From assembly GCF_021869535.1 (NCBI RefSeq), contig NW_026262690.1, forward strand, positions 79,918,001 to 79,982,000: a stretch of 64,000 nt of DNA, given 5' to 3'. Below the pieces are notes generated by a model. That model saw only the letters and a list, made by a program, of their open reading frames with translations, searched no databases and was not told the origin of the DNA. The DNA is from Mytilus californianus. Taxonomy: Eukaryota. Numbering within the stretch: position 1 is the first letter of the stretch; every line of letters begins with the position of its first letter. Positions 12,821 to 25,930 of this stretch are shown piece by piece. The position numbers and the translations under genes were made by a program.

Positions 12821-14821
12821 TGGTATTATTTTTCTTAAATAGTTCACTGATCACAAGTTCGTTTCATTACAAAACTGGTTTTCTGTACACTGTTGGTCAT
12901 GTACTGCAATACTAAGTAACAGGGAACTAGTCTTACTTCTATGGTAATGTGTGAATTTCTATGTTAAGCAGGTAACCCTTATAAATTCACTGAGGATCAC
13001 TTCTTAGTCACATTACATTTTGAATGTTTGCAAATATTTAATACCAGCAGAGACATGTCTCTGATACCAGCGATTTAAATTTTGTATGATACACCAAATA
13101 GATCAAAGGAAACAACTATCATTTTGGAAAGAGGATTAAACTTTATATAATAGTTCCCAGTATTATTGGACATTAATAAATTGTAGTTTGCTTTATATTA
13201 CAGTGGTTGGCATATTTTTTAACCATCAGAAAATGGTATCCATATTTCAAGAACTTTATTTGTAAAAAAACATTATAAAAACTGGGACCTGAATAGATGA
13301 AAAATACAGGTTTTGGTCTGGCCTTTTTGTAAATTTCTCCCCAAGATTGAAGAATTCACAAAAGTTCAATTTCTTCATAATAATAGATACTTTAATCGAA
13401 TATTAAATTCTCAGCAATTTGTAGTTTAAAAGATAACACAAGTCAATGGAGTGTCAATGAAAGTTTCTGGATGCAAAATTGCTATTCATTCTTAATGCAA
13501 CTTTTTTCACTGGCTTTGATCTATTTTTGACATCAAAACCTCATTCAGTTGACATGCTCAGTGGCATTATGGCTTTCATACTGCATTAATAGAATAGGAA
13601 AATAATGGTACAGTATTGCATTTGAATATATCCCAACATCAATATTAGGGACTTTATAGCAGCAACCCTTCAAATACAGCTATCTGGACCATGTGTTTTT
13701 CATTGTTATTTATCTTTGTTTGTTAATCTATCTTTTGTCCCAAAATAGGGTGTTATTGTTTGGTGAAGTAGGTTGTACTGTCCAATATTTAATCAATTTA
13801 GGGACTCAGGCATTATATATGCTTGAGATGCATGGACGTCATTGTAACAGCATACAAAATTCAAGAAGATATATATTTAAAGTACTTATTTTCATAAAAA
13901 CAGTTAATAAAAAAATCAACATGTCAACAGATAGCAAGTAAATATCCTGCATCATTGCAACTGTTTGTAAATGAGAAACACTGATGCTCATATAACAGTA
14001 TGCCAAATATTAATGGTTGAACCTAAGAATATATTCAATGAAACAATGACTTTTAAATCAGGTTTAAACTCCTAAATCACTGCAACATAACTGAGGGTAT
14101 TTATATACTGTTTCCAACTGAGATTTATAAGAAAATTTAAACACAGATTGACAAAATATCAATGGTCTATTACAATTACTCCTTCGGAATTAACAGACAG
14201 ATTGTTAAGAGGTTCAGGATGCCCAGGCAAGAATTACCATCTACAATGTATGTTCTTCCTCATTTGTTTCAGGTAAGACAAGCCAAGCAGTCATCTCACA
14301 GGTTTATAAGCTCATCTAGACACTGCCTGTCTCAACGTTAAGATATCAAATCAGAATACATGTTCAGAAAATATCGTCATAAATACATTATTCAGTAATT
14401 AAGAACATATTACCCAATATTACAAAATTTATATCTTTTCACATCGACAACACTTTAAATATGTATCCTGGATAAATGCTGTTAGTCTACGAGTCTGTTT
14501 TAAACAGAATATTAACTTCTTTTGTTTCATTCCTTTATAATAAAAATACAGTGCAATATACTGATGACTTCTGTATCAAGACTCTGCCATCATTTCTGAT
14601 TTATTGTTTTAGATTGTAGGTTTTCATTTTTCCAGTTACTCAAGTGTTTTTTCTTTTCTTGATATAGCCTGGTTTTCTTCAAACTCACCAGTAACCAATA
14701 GTAATCGATGTTTTTTCCCTCGAAATGTCAATTTTATGATCTTAGTGTTTTATTTTTATACTTTGTCAGTTACTCTCTTTGCTTGGTTTACTTAAATTAA
14801 TATGTGTTTGTCAATTTTCTC

Positions 14822-15078
14822 GGGGACCTCGGTGGCAGAGTGGTCTAAGTAGTTGAACTACTGAATCACTAGCCAGTCAACACTGAGGTTGTCAGTTCGA
14901 ACAGTTGGCAGGTGCACTCGACTCCAATCTTAATTGACTAGTATTGTCAGTTTTCCTACCGAAGGTCAGTGGTTCTCTCTGGGCACTCTGGCTTCCTCCA
15001 CCAGTAAAAACTGACCGCCACGAAATAGCACAATAGTGTTGAAAGTGGCGTTAAAACACCAATCAATCAATCAATCAA
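14822..15078 (+). mobile_element. tRNA-derived SINE with a V-domain-like core and (CAAT)n tail
   Basis: A-box tggcagagtggtc, B-box gttcgaac, core tctctgggcactctggcttcctccacc, (caat)n tail, and an 11-bp target-site duplication tcaattttctc at 14811-14821 and 15079-15089. Confidence 0.8.
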
Positions 15079-15309
15079 TCAATTTTCTCCTTGTTGTTGG
15101 TGGTTTCTCAAATGTTGAATTTTTAGCCACTGCTGTGGATCTTATTTTTCTGTATTTGTGAGTTACTAATGGTTAATTGTGAATCTTTATGTATTTCTCA
15201 TTTGTCATGTGGTTTTCTCTGTTTGTGAATTTAGTAGTTGTTTGTTTTAATTTATTCATTAACAAATATATAAATTGAAAAATTTACTAAGATGATGATA
15301 ATGAATTTA

Positions 15310-15630
15310 TGTTTTAAGTCCAGTGGCATTTAAAACATGCATATAAGGATGTGAGCTTGTTAACGGAATATAATTATAAACCCTGCTTTGAACTAGACCT
15401 ACACACTAGATCATATTTTTAATGTGCTAGTTCACAAGGCAACAGACTGCAACAAAACATGCCACCCTACCCGTCACATTATTTTGACCTCAAGCTAACC
15501 AGTCTTTGCTCTTTGCTTAATGGATGCAGCAAATACAGTTTCAAGTCTTTTGTTTGAGCCCAATGATTCTTATTAACACATGGTCGCCTGCACTCAAGGC
15601 AAGCACACTACCACTAGACCACAAAGGGGT
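15310..15630 (-). mobile_element. Degenerate tRNA-derived SINE of a second family
   Basis: Minus-strand head tgtggtctagtggtagtgtgcttgcc (A-box-like). Its tail motif gtccagtggca...catgcat also occurs at about 47200-47250. Confidence 0.5.
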
Positions 15631-15780
15631 GAAAATTAGCAAGACCAGGAGTTTTTGTTAAAAATTTCAGAAAATACTACTGTAAAGCTATAACACTTTG
15701 TAAATCTACATATACCGGTATCTGTTTTCAAAATCTTGATCAATACTTATAGGTTAAGCAATTATCATACTGTTCTATGT

Positions 15781-15786
15781 TTTATT
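15781..15786 (-). terminator. Candidate polyadenylation signal of LIN52
   Basis: AATAAA on the minus strand about 60 nt after the TGA. Confidence 0.5.
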
Positions 15787-15846
15787 GCAAAATAAATGAT
15801 AACATTCAGTAGAAAATAAAGTTACACATAATGTCAAGTTGGCAAA

Positions 15847-18800
15847 TCAGGATTTTTTATTCTTCTGTAATATATTAAGGAATTTTCCTCTTGTCATTTC
15901 TCTGGCTGAAAGTATAAAAATTATCCCATTATTGATCAATTATTTTTAACACAATATAAATCTAAAGAAAAACCTGTATAAAACTGTTAATTTCAAGCAA
16001 TGTTCTATGCAAGGACCATAACACCTGCAAATACATGTATAACTCAACTGGACCAAAACTCAAACTTGATCTGCAGCTTCTAATGATAGGACTTTATACC
16101 CAATACCTTTTTTCTAGTAACTTTCTATGTTCTAAATCTACAACCACTGCAAAAAATTCTCAACCAGATAGAAAGATTGCAATACTATACTCTCCTTCCG
16201 CTTTGTGCATAGGGGACAAAAAAGATTAGCTCACTGAAGTTAAGACCATTGAAGACTATGACAATTACTATTTATGTTTGGTGAAGTGTCTGTGCAGGTG
16301 ATTATAGAACTAGCTCTAGAAATATTTGATCATTCAATTTTGTATAAAAAAAATTCGTAAGGGTTCCGCGGAACCCAGTGTCTCGCCTACTTTTGGTGTT
16401 AATCGCAGGCTCAACAAAATTGAGGAAAAAAATTAATTAAAATATTCCTCTCTATACTATCTTTTGATTGTAAGTAGCTTCTGTCCAAGTTTGGTAAAAA
16501 TCCAGGATAATTTATGAATCTAATAAATGTTTTAAAAACTTAAACTGCAGAATGTATGTAATGTTGACTGGAAGAAAAACTAAGTCCATTTATAAGTAAA
16601 ATATGGAAAAAATGGAACAAAATTTTATCAAAATTTCCTTCTAGATACTAGCTTTTGATCATAAATAAGCTTCTGTCCAAGTGTGGTACAAATCCAGGAT
16701 AGTTTAAGAAAGTTGTTAAAATTTTAAAAACTTTAACCACGGAGTGAATGTAATGTTAACTGGCAGAAAAACTAAGTCCATTTATAAGTAAAATACGGAA
16801 AAAATGGAATTTTTTTTTTTACAAAATTTACTTCTGGATACTATCTTATGATCATAAACAAGCTTCTTTCCAAGTTTGGTAGAAATCCAGGATAGTTTAA
16901 GAAAGTTATTAAAATTTCAAAAACTTTAACCACAGAGTGAATGTAATGTTTCCTGGCAGAAAAACTAAGTCCACTTATAAGTAAAATACGGAAAAAATGG
17001 AATTTTTTTTTTTACAAAATTTACTTTTGAATATAATCTAATGATCATAAACAAGCTTCTGTCCAAGTTTGGTAGAAATCCAGGATAGTTTAAGAAAGTT
17101 ATTAAAATTTCAAAAACTTTAACCACAGAGTGAATGTAATGTTTCCTGGCAGAAAAACTAAGTCCACTTATAAGTAAAATACGGAAAAAATGGAATTTTT
17201 TTTTTACAAAATTTACCTTTGAATATAATCTTATGATCATAAACAAGCTTCTGTCCAAGTTTGGTAGAAATCCAGGATAATTTAAGAAAGTTATTAAAAT
17301 TTCAAAAACTTTAACCACAGAGTGAATATTTGTGGACGCCGCCGACGACGACGCCGACGGAATGTAGGATCGCTATGTCTCGCTTTTTCGACAAAAGTCG
17401 AAGGCTCGACAAAAACTATGTTTGAACTAAATAAAACTAGGCCATGCTCAATATAATATTTTGTTTCAATAAAATATATGTTTTAATCATTTTTCAAGCC
17501 TATACTTCATTGATAAAATTAGTGTAATGAACAATAAGTTTAAATGATAAACTGATGCAGCTGCTGACCTATGAACATTTAAATGTTACATATAATTTTT
17601 AAGGAAATTGAAGTCTGTAAAAAAACATTTGTTTATGTGTTTATAAAGTATACATAACTACAAAAGATGAATTTCTTAAAATATCATTCATGATGAAACC
17701 CTGTTAAACAAAATAGATTTTATTGTTTAGGAACAGTTCATATTGCTATCTACAAAAGTAGCATAACAATTTACAGCAGCAGGTGAATAAAATTACTATG
17801 TACCGGTATGTGGGAGTTGTGGGATCAAGAAATTTACATGAGATGATTTGTAAAAACTGTATTTTTTCATTTAAGAAACTTCACATAAATAATTTAGCTG
17901 TTTACAATATAAAATAATAGCTGAAGATTAAATGCGATTACTCAAACCGTATTTTTTTTCCATTGCTTTTGCTATTGTTTCCATTAACTGCTTTTTCAAT
18001 GTACAGGAACTGTATTCAAGTAAATACTATATGATAAAGATTGAAAGGGTACACTTATATAAGAAAAGTTACTTAAGATAGATCAACACAGGTAAAATGT
18101 GTATGTATGGACATCCATCTTAAATATTTTGATCAGCCATGAATGTGTAGCTTTTTCTTTAATAAATAAATATATCAAAACAATTTATTCAGCATTATGT
18201 TGGAAACACAATTGTTTAATCTTATTTCTCAGAAATAGTTTAGAACAACAATAGTTTTATAGACTTATTAATGAATCATAATCTCTAATATTGGCAAAGA
18301 GAGCTGGCTGGTGAAAAATATGTCTCATTCAAGGGGAGATAATTCTACTAGATATTACCAGTACTATAAATAACCCAATATTTGCACTTTTATCGAAAAC
18401 AGAAAAAGCTTAATCCAGTAGACCATTTTTCTTTTTATTTCATGAAAATATAATTTACTGTTAGACTAATGAACCAAAAAATTATTTCAATATCAACACG
18501 CATAACAAAAAATGTTAGGACAACTGTTGGATTTCATGAGCACAGAAATAAGTAATACTATATGCAAAGGTTATAGATTGGCAGAGGGTATAAAAATCAA
18601 GAAATTGTAAATCTATATTATATTACAGTTATTATATCTATAAAGTAAAATATCACCACCATAAAAAATAAATGGGGAATATGTCCATGGGACAGATGAT
18701 GCCCCCGCTTGCATACAACATTATAAAGGGACATAACTCAAGAACGGTAAAGGTGAAACTACCCAAATTCATACTTGATCTGAGTTTTGTGGTAATAAGC

Positions 18801-21800
18801 ATTGTGCTTAAGTTTCATAACATTTGGTTGAGGTAAACTTAAGTTAGAGAACAGAAACAAAAAATTCAGCAATTTTTCCAATTGTAAAGGGGCATAACTC
18901 TAGAACAGTAAAAGTGACGCCACCAAAATTCAAACTTGATCTGTATTTTGTGGTAATAAGCATTGTGTATAAGAGTCATAACATTTGGTTGAGGCAAACT
19001 AAAGTTAGAGAACGGAAACCAATTTCGGGAAATGATGTAAGGACGTATGGACGGACTTACAGATGGACGTACAGACGGACAAGGATAAAACTTAATGCCC
19101 CCTCAGCTACGACGGGGACATAAAAATGTTTGATTATTTTGGTAAGCATTTTTAAAGATATTCAAGGTATGATAAAATTACTACAAATATCCTATACTAA
19201 ATACCTTCATCTAGTCCAAGTTGATATGCCAAATTTTGTAAACCTCGGATTTTCTCCATCAACTGAGAGGTAGTTAAGCTTCCAAATTCTACAATGACAA
19301 ACTTAATAAGATCAGTTTTGAAATATTTTTGAATACTGTGGATTCATTATTATTTGTGGGATACCAATTTTTGTGGATGTCGTGGGTAAAGGCAAACAAC
19401 AAATTTAAAAGTTCAAAGAAGTACAAATTTTCTATAGGCTTGTTTGCATACTTTGGCAAAACCACGAAATCAAATACCCATGAAAATAAATGAAACCACA
19501 GTTATGTGTTTTAGTTATAAATTTATAAGTATCTACATGAAAACATCCATGGGTGGTAGCACTCTAAAAATAGTAATGCACTGTAGCCCATACACCCTCA
19601 GACAAAGAATGTCCAATACAACAATACGATAGGTTATTTTGTGAACAAAATTAAATTGCTTCTTAGATATTCTAATGTCCACCAGAGCATCAACAATATT
19701 TCTATGATTTTTTTTTCAGTTTTACAAAATCAATTTAATGCCAGACAAAATGCTAAAGTGGTCAGATGGCTGTAAGATAAGTAACTGGTAAGGCTATGGA
19801 TCATCACCAGACACTGTTCATTATGTGTTTTGGTATATACTATATTTTTTTTTTGGCACTAAGATAAGTAATTAATAGAATGTGGTACGAAATTGTTCTT
19901 ATCAAATCTCAGACACGCTGTCTAGTACTTAAAAGTATCCTATGCATTGTCTGGTACTTAAAAGTATCCTATGCATACTGTTTTCAAAAGATTACCAGTA
20001 CTAGTAACATGCATAGATTTATATGTAAAAAAATTCAAACAATACAACTAACGGCCTGATTTAGCCACTATAGCATATTGTTATAAATTTTCCTCAACAC
20101 ATCATTTTCCTTTAGCTATAGCAGAATCATGTTTGTACAAATATAATAATTATAAATTACTTCTGCATATACCAACCTTGTAAAAGACCTATATCTTCAT
20201 TCTCTAACTCTGTCATCCATTTAGACGGAGTGCTTGTTCCTGATAAAGGCTGCAATATATACAATATAAATTTGCACAACTGTTCAAATAAGACTGACTG
20301 AGTTATTTTTCAGATAGGGATGGTCATGAACTTGCAGTCATGTTCAAAGGTCACCTTCAATGACTTGAAGATAAAGAAAGTTATGAGGCACTCGGTACTA
20401 ACTTTTTTTTGGTGGTGGGTTTAAATGACATTCATATTTATAACACAAGAACATGTTCCCGTCCTGAATACACATTTAATAATCCTCTACATAAAATAGC
20501 CATCCAGTCACCCCTCCATCAAAAGCATGCCATTACCATATTGTTGACAATTATTTTTTTTAATATTTCAAAAAGGGTTTACAAAATATTGAAAAATTTG
20601 AAAAAAGTGAGAAGGATAATTGTTGAAACAAATTTGACTGGACATTTGGTTTCTCCCCCTTGACATTTTAGACTTGGTATATCCAGATGAACATACTTTA
20701 TCTCAAAACAGCACTGTCCAATTGGTTAATAGGTAAATCTTTCAGAGAGTAGTTTATCACACATTAAATGTTAGTTCAGTCCAAATTTTTAACAGGTAAA
20801 CAAGATCATATTATACTCTTCACAAAATGAATGATGATGATCACTCAGTTAAAAGTTTTAAGTACCGGTATTCATATGATAGATCATTTAATCACTATCA
20901 TTATAAATGATCTTATTTATACCATCATGTAAAACATGTTGATTTTAAAATTCAGAAAAGTGTTCAAATGTGAATACTGCTTGTGGTCAAATTGTGAAAT
21001 AAAGAAAGGCTGAGTTCTTCTTTTTCAGATAAACCTTAGAACATGTTCACACATTTGAACTAAAAACATCTCAATTATTAATGGCCAAATATTTGTCAAG
21101 AATTCATTATCAGTGAAATGAAGATAATAAATTCACGATTTCCTCTCCAGCCATTTAAGTAGTGGGCTAGTCTAAGTATATTTAAATAAAGCTCAAATTT
21201 TGGTTTATCCCATTAGCAGTCCAGTTTATTTTAGAGCAGGTAAATCTGGTTAGGAAAAGTGCATGTTCCATTTGAATAACCCAGTCTAAAATGGTTCATC
21301 CCAATGATAGTCTAGTCCAAGATATCAAACTAAATTGTATTGGGTAATAATATTTTAAGACCTGTCTCATCATTGATGATCAATGCAAATGTATTAGCCT
21401 TCACTGATTGGGTTTTTTATAATTCTTGAGAAATGATTATGATATTAAAAAAAAAAACAAATATGAATTGGTCATTAATAAGTGTAATAAATTAAAAAAA
21501 AAAGAATACTATCAAATAATGAGCCCATTCCAAAGTTCTAGCAAAATATGCAAGCAAGGTTCCTTGTGGAGTACATATTGGGTGGAAAAATATGGTAATT
21601 GGTAATTCTGTATAGTCACCAGTGGGAAAATTGGCTGATAGAAATTACTAAAATCTTTTAAGCATGTCTGGACAAATTGAAAAATATGTTAAGTATCCAT
21701 CCAAAAAAAATTTTGCGGGTATAAACAAGAGTGCACACGCTGAAATGTCTCGCCTTCTTTACTAATCATTGATATTATGTTGATAGTCCTAAATATAAAG

Positions 21801-24800
21801 CTTTATTACAACTGTCACATAAACTTAACATTAACCAAGTAAACTAAACATTGACCAATGAACCATGAAAATTAGGTCAAGGTCAGATGAACCATGCTAG
21901 GCAGGCATGTACAGCTAACAATTCTTCCATACTACAAATTTAACTGACCTATTGCTTATAGTTTAAGAAAAACAGACCAAAACACAAAAACTTAACACTA
22001 AGCAATGAACCTTGAAAATGAGGTCAAGGTCACATAAAACCTGCGTGACTGACATTTAGATCATAAAATATTTTCATACACCAAATATAGCTGAACTATT
22101 GCATATAGTATTAGAAAAACAGACCAAAACACAAAAACTTAACTTTGACCACTGAACCATGAAAATGAGGTCAAGGTCAGATGACACCTGCCAGCTAGAC
22201 ATGTACACCTTACAATCATTCCATACACCAAATATAGTAGACCTATTGCATACAGTATAAGAAAAACAGACCAAAACACAAAAACTTAACTATAACCACT
22301 GAACCATGAAAATGAGGTCAAGGTCAGATGACACCTGCCAGTTGGACATGTACACCTTACAGTCCTTCCATACACCGAATATACGAGACCTATTGCTTAT
22401 AGTATATGAGATATGGACTTGACCACGAAAACTTAACCTTGTTCACTGATCCATGAAATGAGGTCGAGGTCAAATGAAAACTGTATGACGGTCATCAGGA
22501 CCTTGTTAGGTACGCACATACCAAATATAGTTATCCTATTACTTATAATAAGAGAGAATTTAACATTACAAAAAATCTTAACTTTTTTTTCAATTAGTCA
22601 CTGAACCATGAAAATGAGGTCAAGGACATTGGACATGTGACTGACTGAAACTTCGTAATATGAGGCATCCAGCTCTTCCACCTTCTAAAATATAAAGCTT
22701 TAAAGAAGTTAGCTAACGCCGCCGCCGGATCACAATCCCTATGTCGAGCTTTCTGCGACAAAAGTCGCAGGCTCGACAAAAATTGATAGTTTGAATAGTT
22801 TTAACATTGAAAAATACTAATAAAAATTACCATGCTCCAACTATCATAGAAAATGCAAATAGATGAAGAATTTACAAAGGGACATAACTCAGGAATGGTG
22901 AAATTGACACCACCCAAATTCAAACTTGATCTGTGTTCGGTGGTAATAAGCATTGTGTATAAGTTTTATAATATTTGATTGAAGCAAACTAAAGTTAGAG
23001 AACGGAAACTAATTTTGGGACATACAGACAGACAAGGGTAAATCTTTATGCCCCTTCCACCACAGTGGGGGCATGAAAAAAAAAACAATAAATTAAATTG
23101 ATCGGACATTTTTTATCATTCTAGATCTGTATATTGTCTATTCAAATACAAAGTGCAAATGTTTTAACAACACCATGGTTACTTACACTCTTAGCAGCTG
23201 CAAATTCTGATACACCAGGAACTGAAAGAAATAAAAATCAAGCATAGTATATTTTCATGGAACTTTATGCATTTATGTATTTTTATCTTTAATAGTATAA
23301 AACTGTCTGAATGTCATTCTTCTAAATACTTGTTCAAGATATGTCATGTGGATACTAAATATTTAATATATGTGGCACAAACAGCTTTGTAGTATAACAC
23401 AAATTATCACAGTTTTAAGAAAACAATGAAAATAATCCTACACAGTATTTTCAAATGAATGCCAATGCAACCTTTTTTCTAGGTATTTATTTTTGTAGTG
23501 TTAAAAACTTACTTTGTTCTGGCCAAAGATCTGGAGATGCTCTATCCAACTTTTCAAAGCTCATAAGATCTGGCTCCTCTGCTTCTAAAAATATCATGAA
23601 ATGCTTTGCTTTGAGTCAAAATTTAAGAAAATATTAATCTATTCCTCGGAGCTGTAATGTGTGCAGCCACTTCAGAGATGTTAATTCATTCTGATTTAAT
23701 ATGATATATATGAAATGAAACTTTTTAAAACTGTTTTTTAAACATAAGAATTAAAATGAACATCTGACCAATTTCCATAATTAGATGTTCTACTTTTGTG
23801 TGTATTTGTAATCAAACTGACCAACTTCTCCTTAGCAGATAGCTATTTCTGAAACATGGCAAGATTCTTTACAAAATTTAAGTAAAGAAAAAAATATATA
23901 TTAGTGATGCTACACAGATGCAGCTGTGTTTCATGATAGAGATCAAAACACAATAAATGAGTCTGGTGAAGAGGAATGTTGAGGATCCTGTACCAGAAAA
24001 CAACATTAAGTAACATTAAGTAAGTTTTTGAATTTAACTTGCATAGACTTTTTGGGTATTGTTATACAAGTGATTGTTTTACTGCATTTTATGTGACACT
24101 TGACACATCCCCCCCCCTTTAACTAAAGTTACTTTACTTCTACTTTACAACACAATCTTTTATTTTATTAAATTATCCTGAACTGAAGAGCATTGTTATG
24201 TACTTTATTAATAACTTTAAAAAAATTCTTAAATTCCAGGTTTATTTATCATATTTATGTTAAATGTATTACTAATATTTCATTTAGAAATATTTTTAAT
24301 GATCTGTATTACAAGGTAACTGTGTGTTCATAGGTCATAGTTTAAATAAATTTTAGTTTTGACCATTGAGAAAAATCCTTACTGAATTTATCATCTAACT
24401 AAATGTATGAAAATCACACTTAAAATAGACCAGATATTCAATGTTATCCCAAGCTTTAACTTATCAAAATACAATCTACAGCAAAATTATATATCCATTG
24501 ATTTGAAAATAATCCCATACTACTGTAAAAAGAATTTCTAATCAGGTCAACAAAGTAAAACAACAGGGCCAGGTCAGCAATAATTGTGTAATTTGTTTTT
24601 CCTCATCAACCTTCTTTCATCTCAAGCATGAGGAACAAATTTCCCTATAGATTGTTAAACAGGCCTAACAAGGAAAGCAGAGGACAGCCAAATCAATAAA
24701 CACTGTACTGGCCGCTGAATCTCAAGAGGGATGATTGTTTTTAAGCATATATATAGCGCAATTCTTTATTTTGCTGCTCTCAACATAACTTAGCATTGGC

Positions 24801-25784
24801 TAAGAAAGTAAACAGCTGGGGTGTTTTTAAATTCTTTTCCTTCTTTGTTAGCTATATATATATATAGGGTTTCAGTCAAGATTTGGGTTAGGTTAAGTTT
24901 AGGGTGGAAACTAGTTGCAGAACAGTAGCTTTTGCGCTCCTTGGGATAGATCTATGGTTCACAAAAACAACAAAAATATCCTAAAGGACCTACATGTAGT
25001 CCAGATAATTATGACATCTTGAAAGGTTATCTTGATTTTTGCTTTGTTACCTTCCAGAGGGATCTATAAAAGTTAATAAAAAAATACCCTCAACTGACAA
25101 CACTTCAAACATGTGTCAAACAAAGCATTTTACTTACTTTAATTTGTGTTTAAAAAATTGGATCATAAACTATACAAATTTTAAAATGTTCACTTCCTAC
25201 ACGTTTTCCTCCCTCAGCTCATTGCTGATGACTTTTTTTTGCAACAATTGACCTAAACAGGAAGTTGTCTATAAAATGACTGTTTTTTTTCAAAATCATA
25301 TAAAATTTATTTAAAGTTGGTAAAAAACATTAAATGTTTGGCACTAAATGTTTTACTGTATTTTATGCTTTTTACCAACTTTGAATAAACTTTTAATATT
25401 TGATTTTGTGCAGACTTGAGCGTCACAAAAATAATCAGGCAAAAAGAATACATCTGTTAATTCAAATGTACTAGGCATTACTGTTTAAATACATGGTATC
25501 TGGTTCAACTTCAGGTGAGTAAAACTGAGATGGTTTTCAAAATCTTGGGGTAGCTATAAAATTTCGGACTGAACTACAAAAACTGTTTTGGGAGCAGGTG
25601 AAGCACAGGGGCTTGTTTAAGACTTATTGTTATGGGCACGGTGTGCGTTTGTGGTAGAAAAGATAGAAAGGTATACTGCAGTATTCATTCATATAATCTT
25701 TTACTTAAGTGGATAATGTTAATATGTATTCATTATGACAAATGTATTGTTTTTGACTTTCAATTTACCCGCATTTGTTGTCAT
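15847..25784 (-). CDS. LIN52: Protein lin-52 homolog (MuvB/DREAM core subunit), 6 exons, 112 aa
   Basis: Exons: 25784-25769, 23584-23513, 23221-23187, 20249-20177, 19288-19205, 15905-15847; total 339 nt, GT-AG. Protein: MTTNAEAEEPDLMSFEKLDRASPDLWPEQIPGVSEFAAAKSPLSGTSTPSKWMTELENEDIGLLQEFGSLTTSQLMEKIRGLQNLAYQLGLDEAREMTRGKFLNILQKNKKS. Contains the LxSxExL pocket-protein motif and the RASP (DYRK1A-type) site. The 16-nt first exon is less certain. Not visible in the ORF track because all exons are short. Confidence 0.92.
16350..17415 (+). mobile_element. HINE-like family 2 with 192-193 bp tandem units, in LIN52 intron 5
   Basis: Perfect 16-bp palindrome gggttccgcggaaccc at 16361-16376 followed by gtgtctcgcc. 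The unit marker caagt(t/g)tggta recurs at 16486, 16678, 16871, 17064 and 17256. GAC/GCC microsatellite and 3' hairpin ttcgac-aaaa-gtcgaa followed by ggctcgacaaaaa. Confidence 0.75.
18667..19126 (+). mobile_element. HINE-like element (about 2 units, GGAC microsatellite, 3' hairpin)
   Basis: aaaggg(a/g)cataactc units, then ggacggac repeats, then gcccc...ggggacataaaaa. A one-unit relative lies at 22875-23080. Confidence 0.6.
21724..22782 (+). mobile_element. HINE-like family 1 copy 2 (6 units), in LIN52 intron 3
   Basis: Termini near-identical to 2122-3358; unit markers at 21873, 22020, 22167, 22314, 22460 and 22616. Confidence 0.75.
22875..23080 (+). mobile_element. Short relative of the 18667-19126 element
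   Basis: Shares cccaaattcaaacttgatctg...ggtaataagcattgtg and ends atgcccc...ggggcatgaaaaa. Confidence 0.55.
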
Positions 25785-25930
25785 TTTGGCACAAATTAGT
25801 AATTTTAGAGTCACAATCGGTGATGGATTTGTGACATAATATAGACTAATACCAATAAAATAGATAAATGACAACGGTCGATAAATCACATATAATTAAA
25901 ATCTAATATGATACAGGATTTCGCTTAAAC
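25785..25930 (-). promoter_or_regulatory. Probable LIN52 5'UTR and promoter
   Basis: Local cluster of CpGs directly upstream of the ATG in otherwise CpG-poor DNA. No splice acceptor upstream of the ATG. Confidence 0.4.

Noticed and set aside
14822-14900. tRNA gene
   Set aside because: A and B boxes are present but no cloverleaf forms; it continues into a SINE body, tail and target-site duplication.
16965-17318. 117-aa ORF with an internal repeat
   Set aside because: An artefact of translating the 192-bp tandem unit (192 is divisible by 3).
16470-17320. CRISPR-like array (also considered for the 147-, 161- and 21-bp arrays)
   Set aside because: Eukaryotic context, whole units repeat without unique spacers, and no cas genes are present.
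19922-19978. Short local tandem duplications (29-bp x2 here; also about 4419-4444 and 26910-26975)
   Set aside because: Ordinary slippage-type repeats with no further structure.
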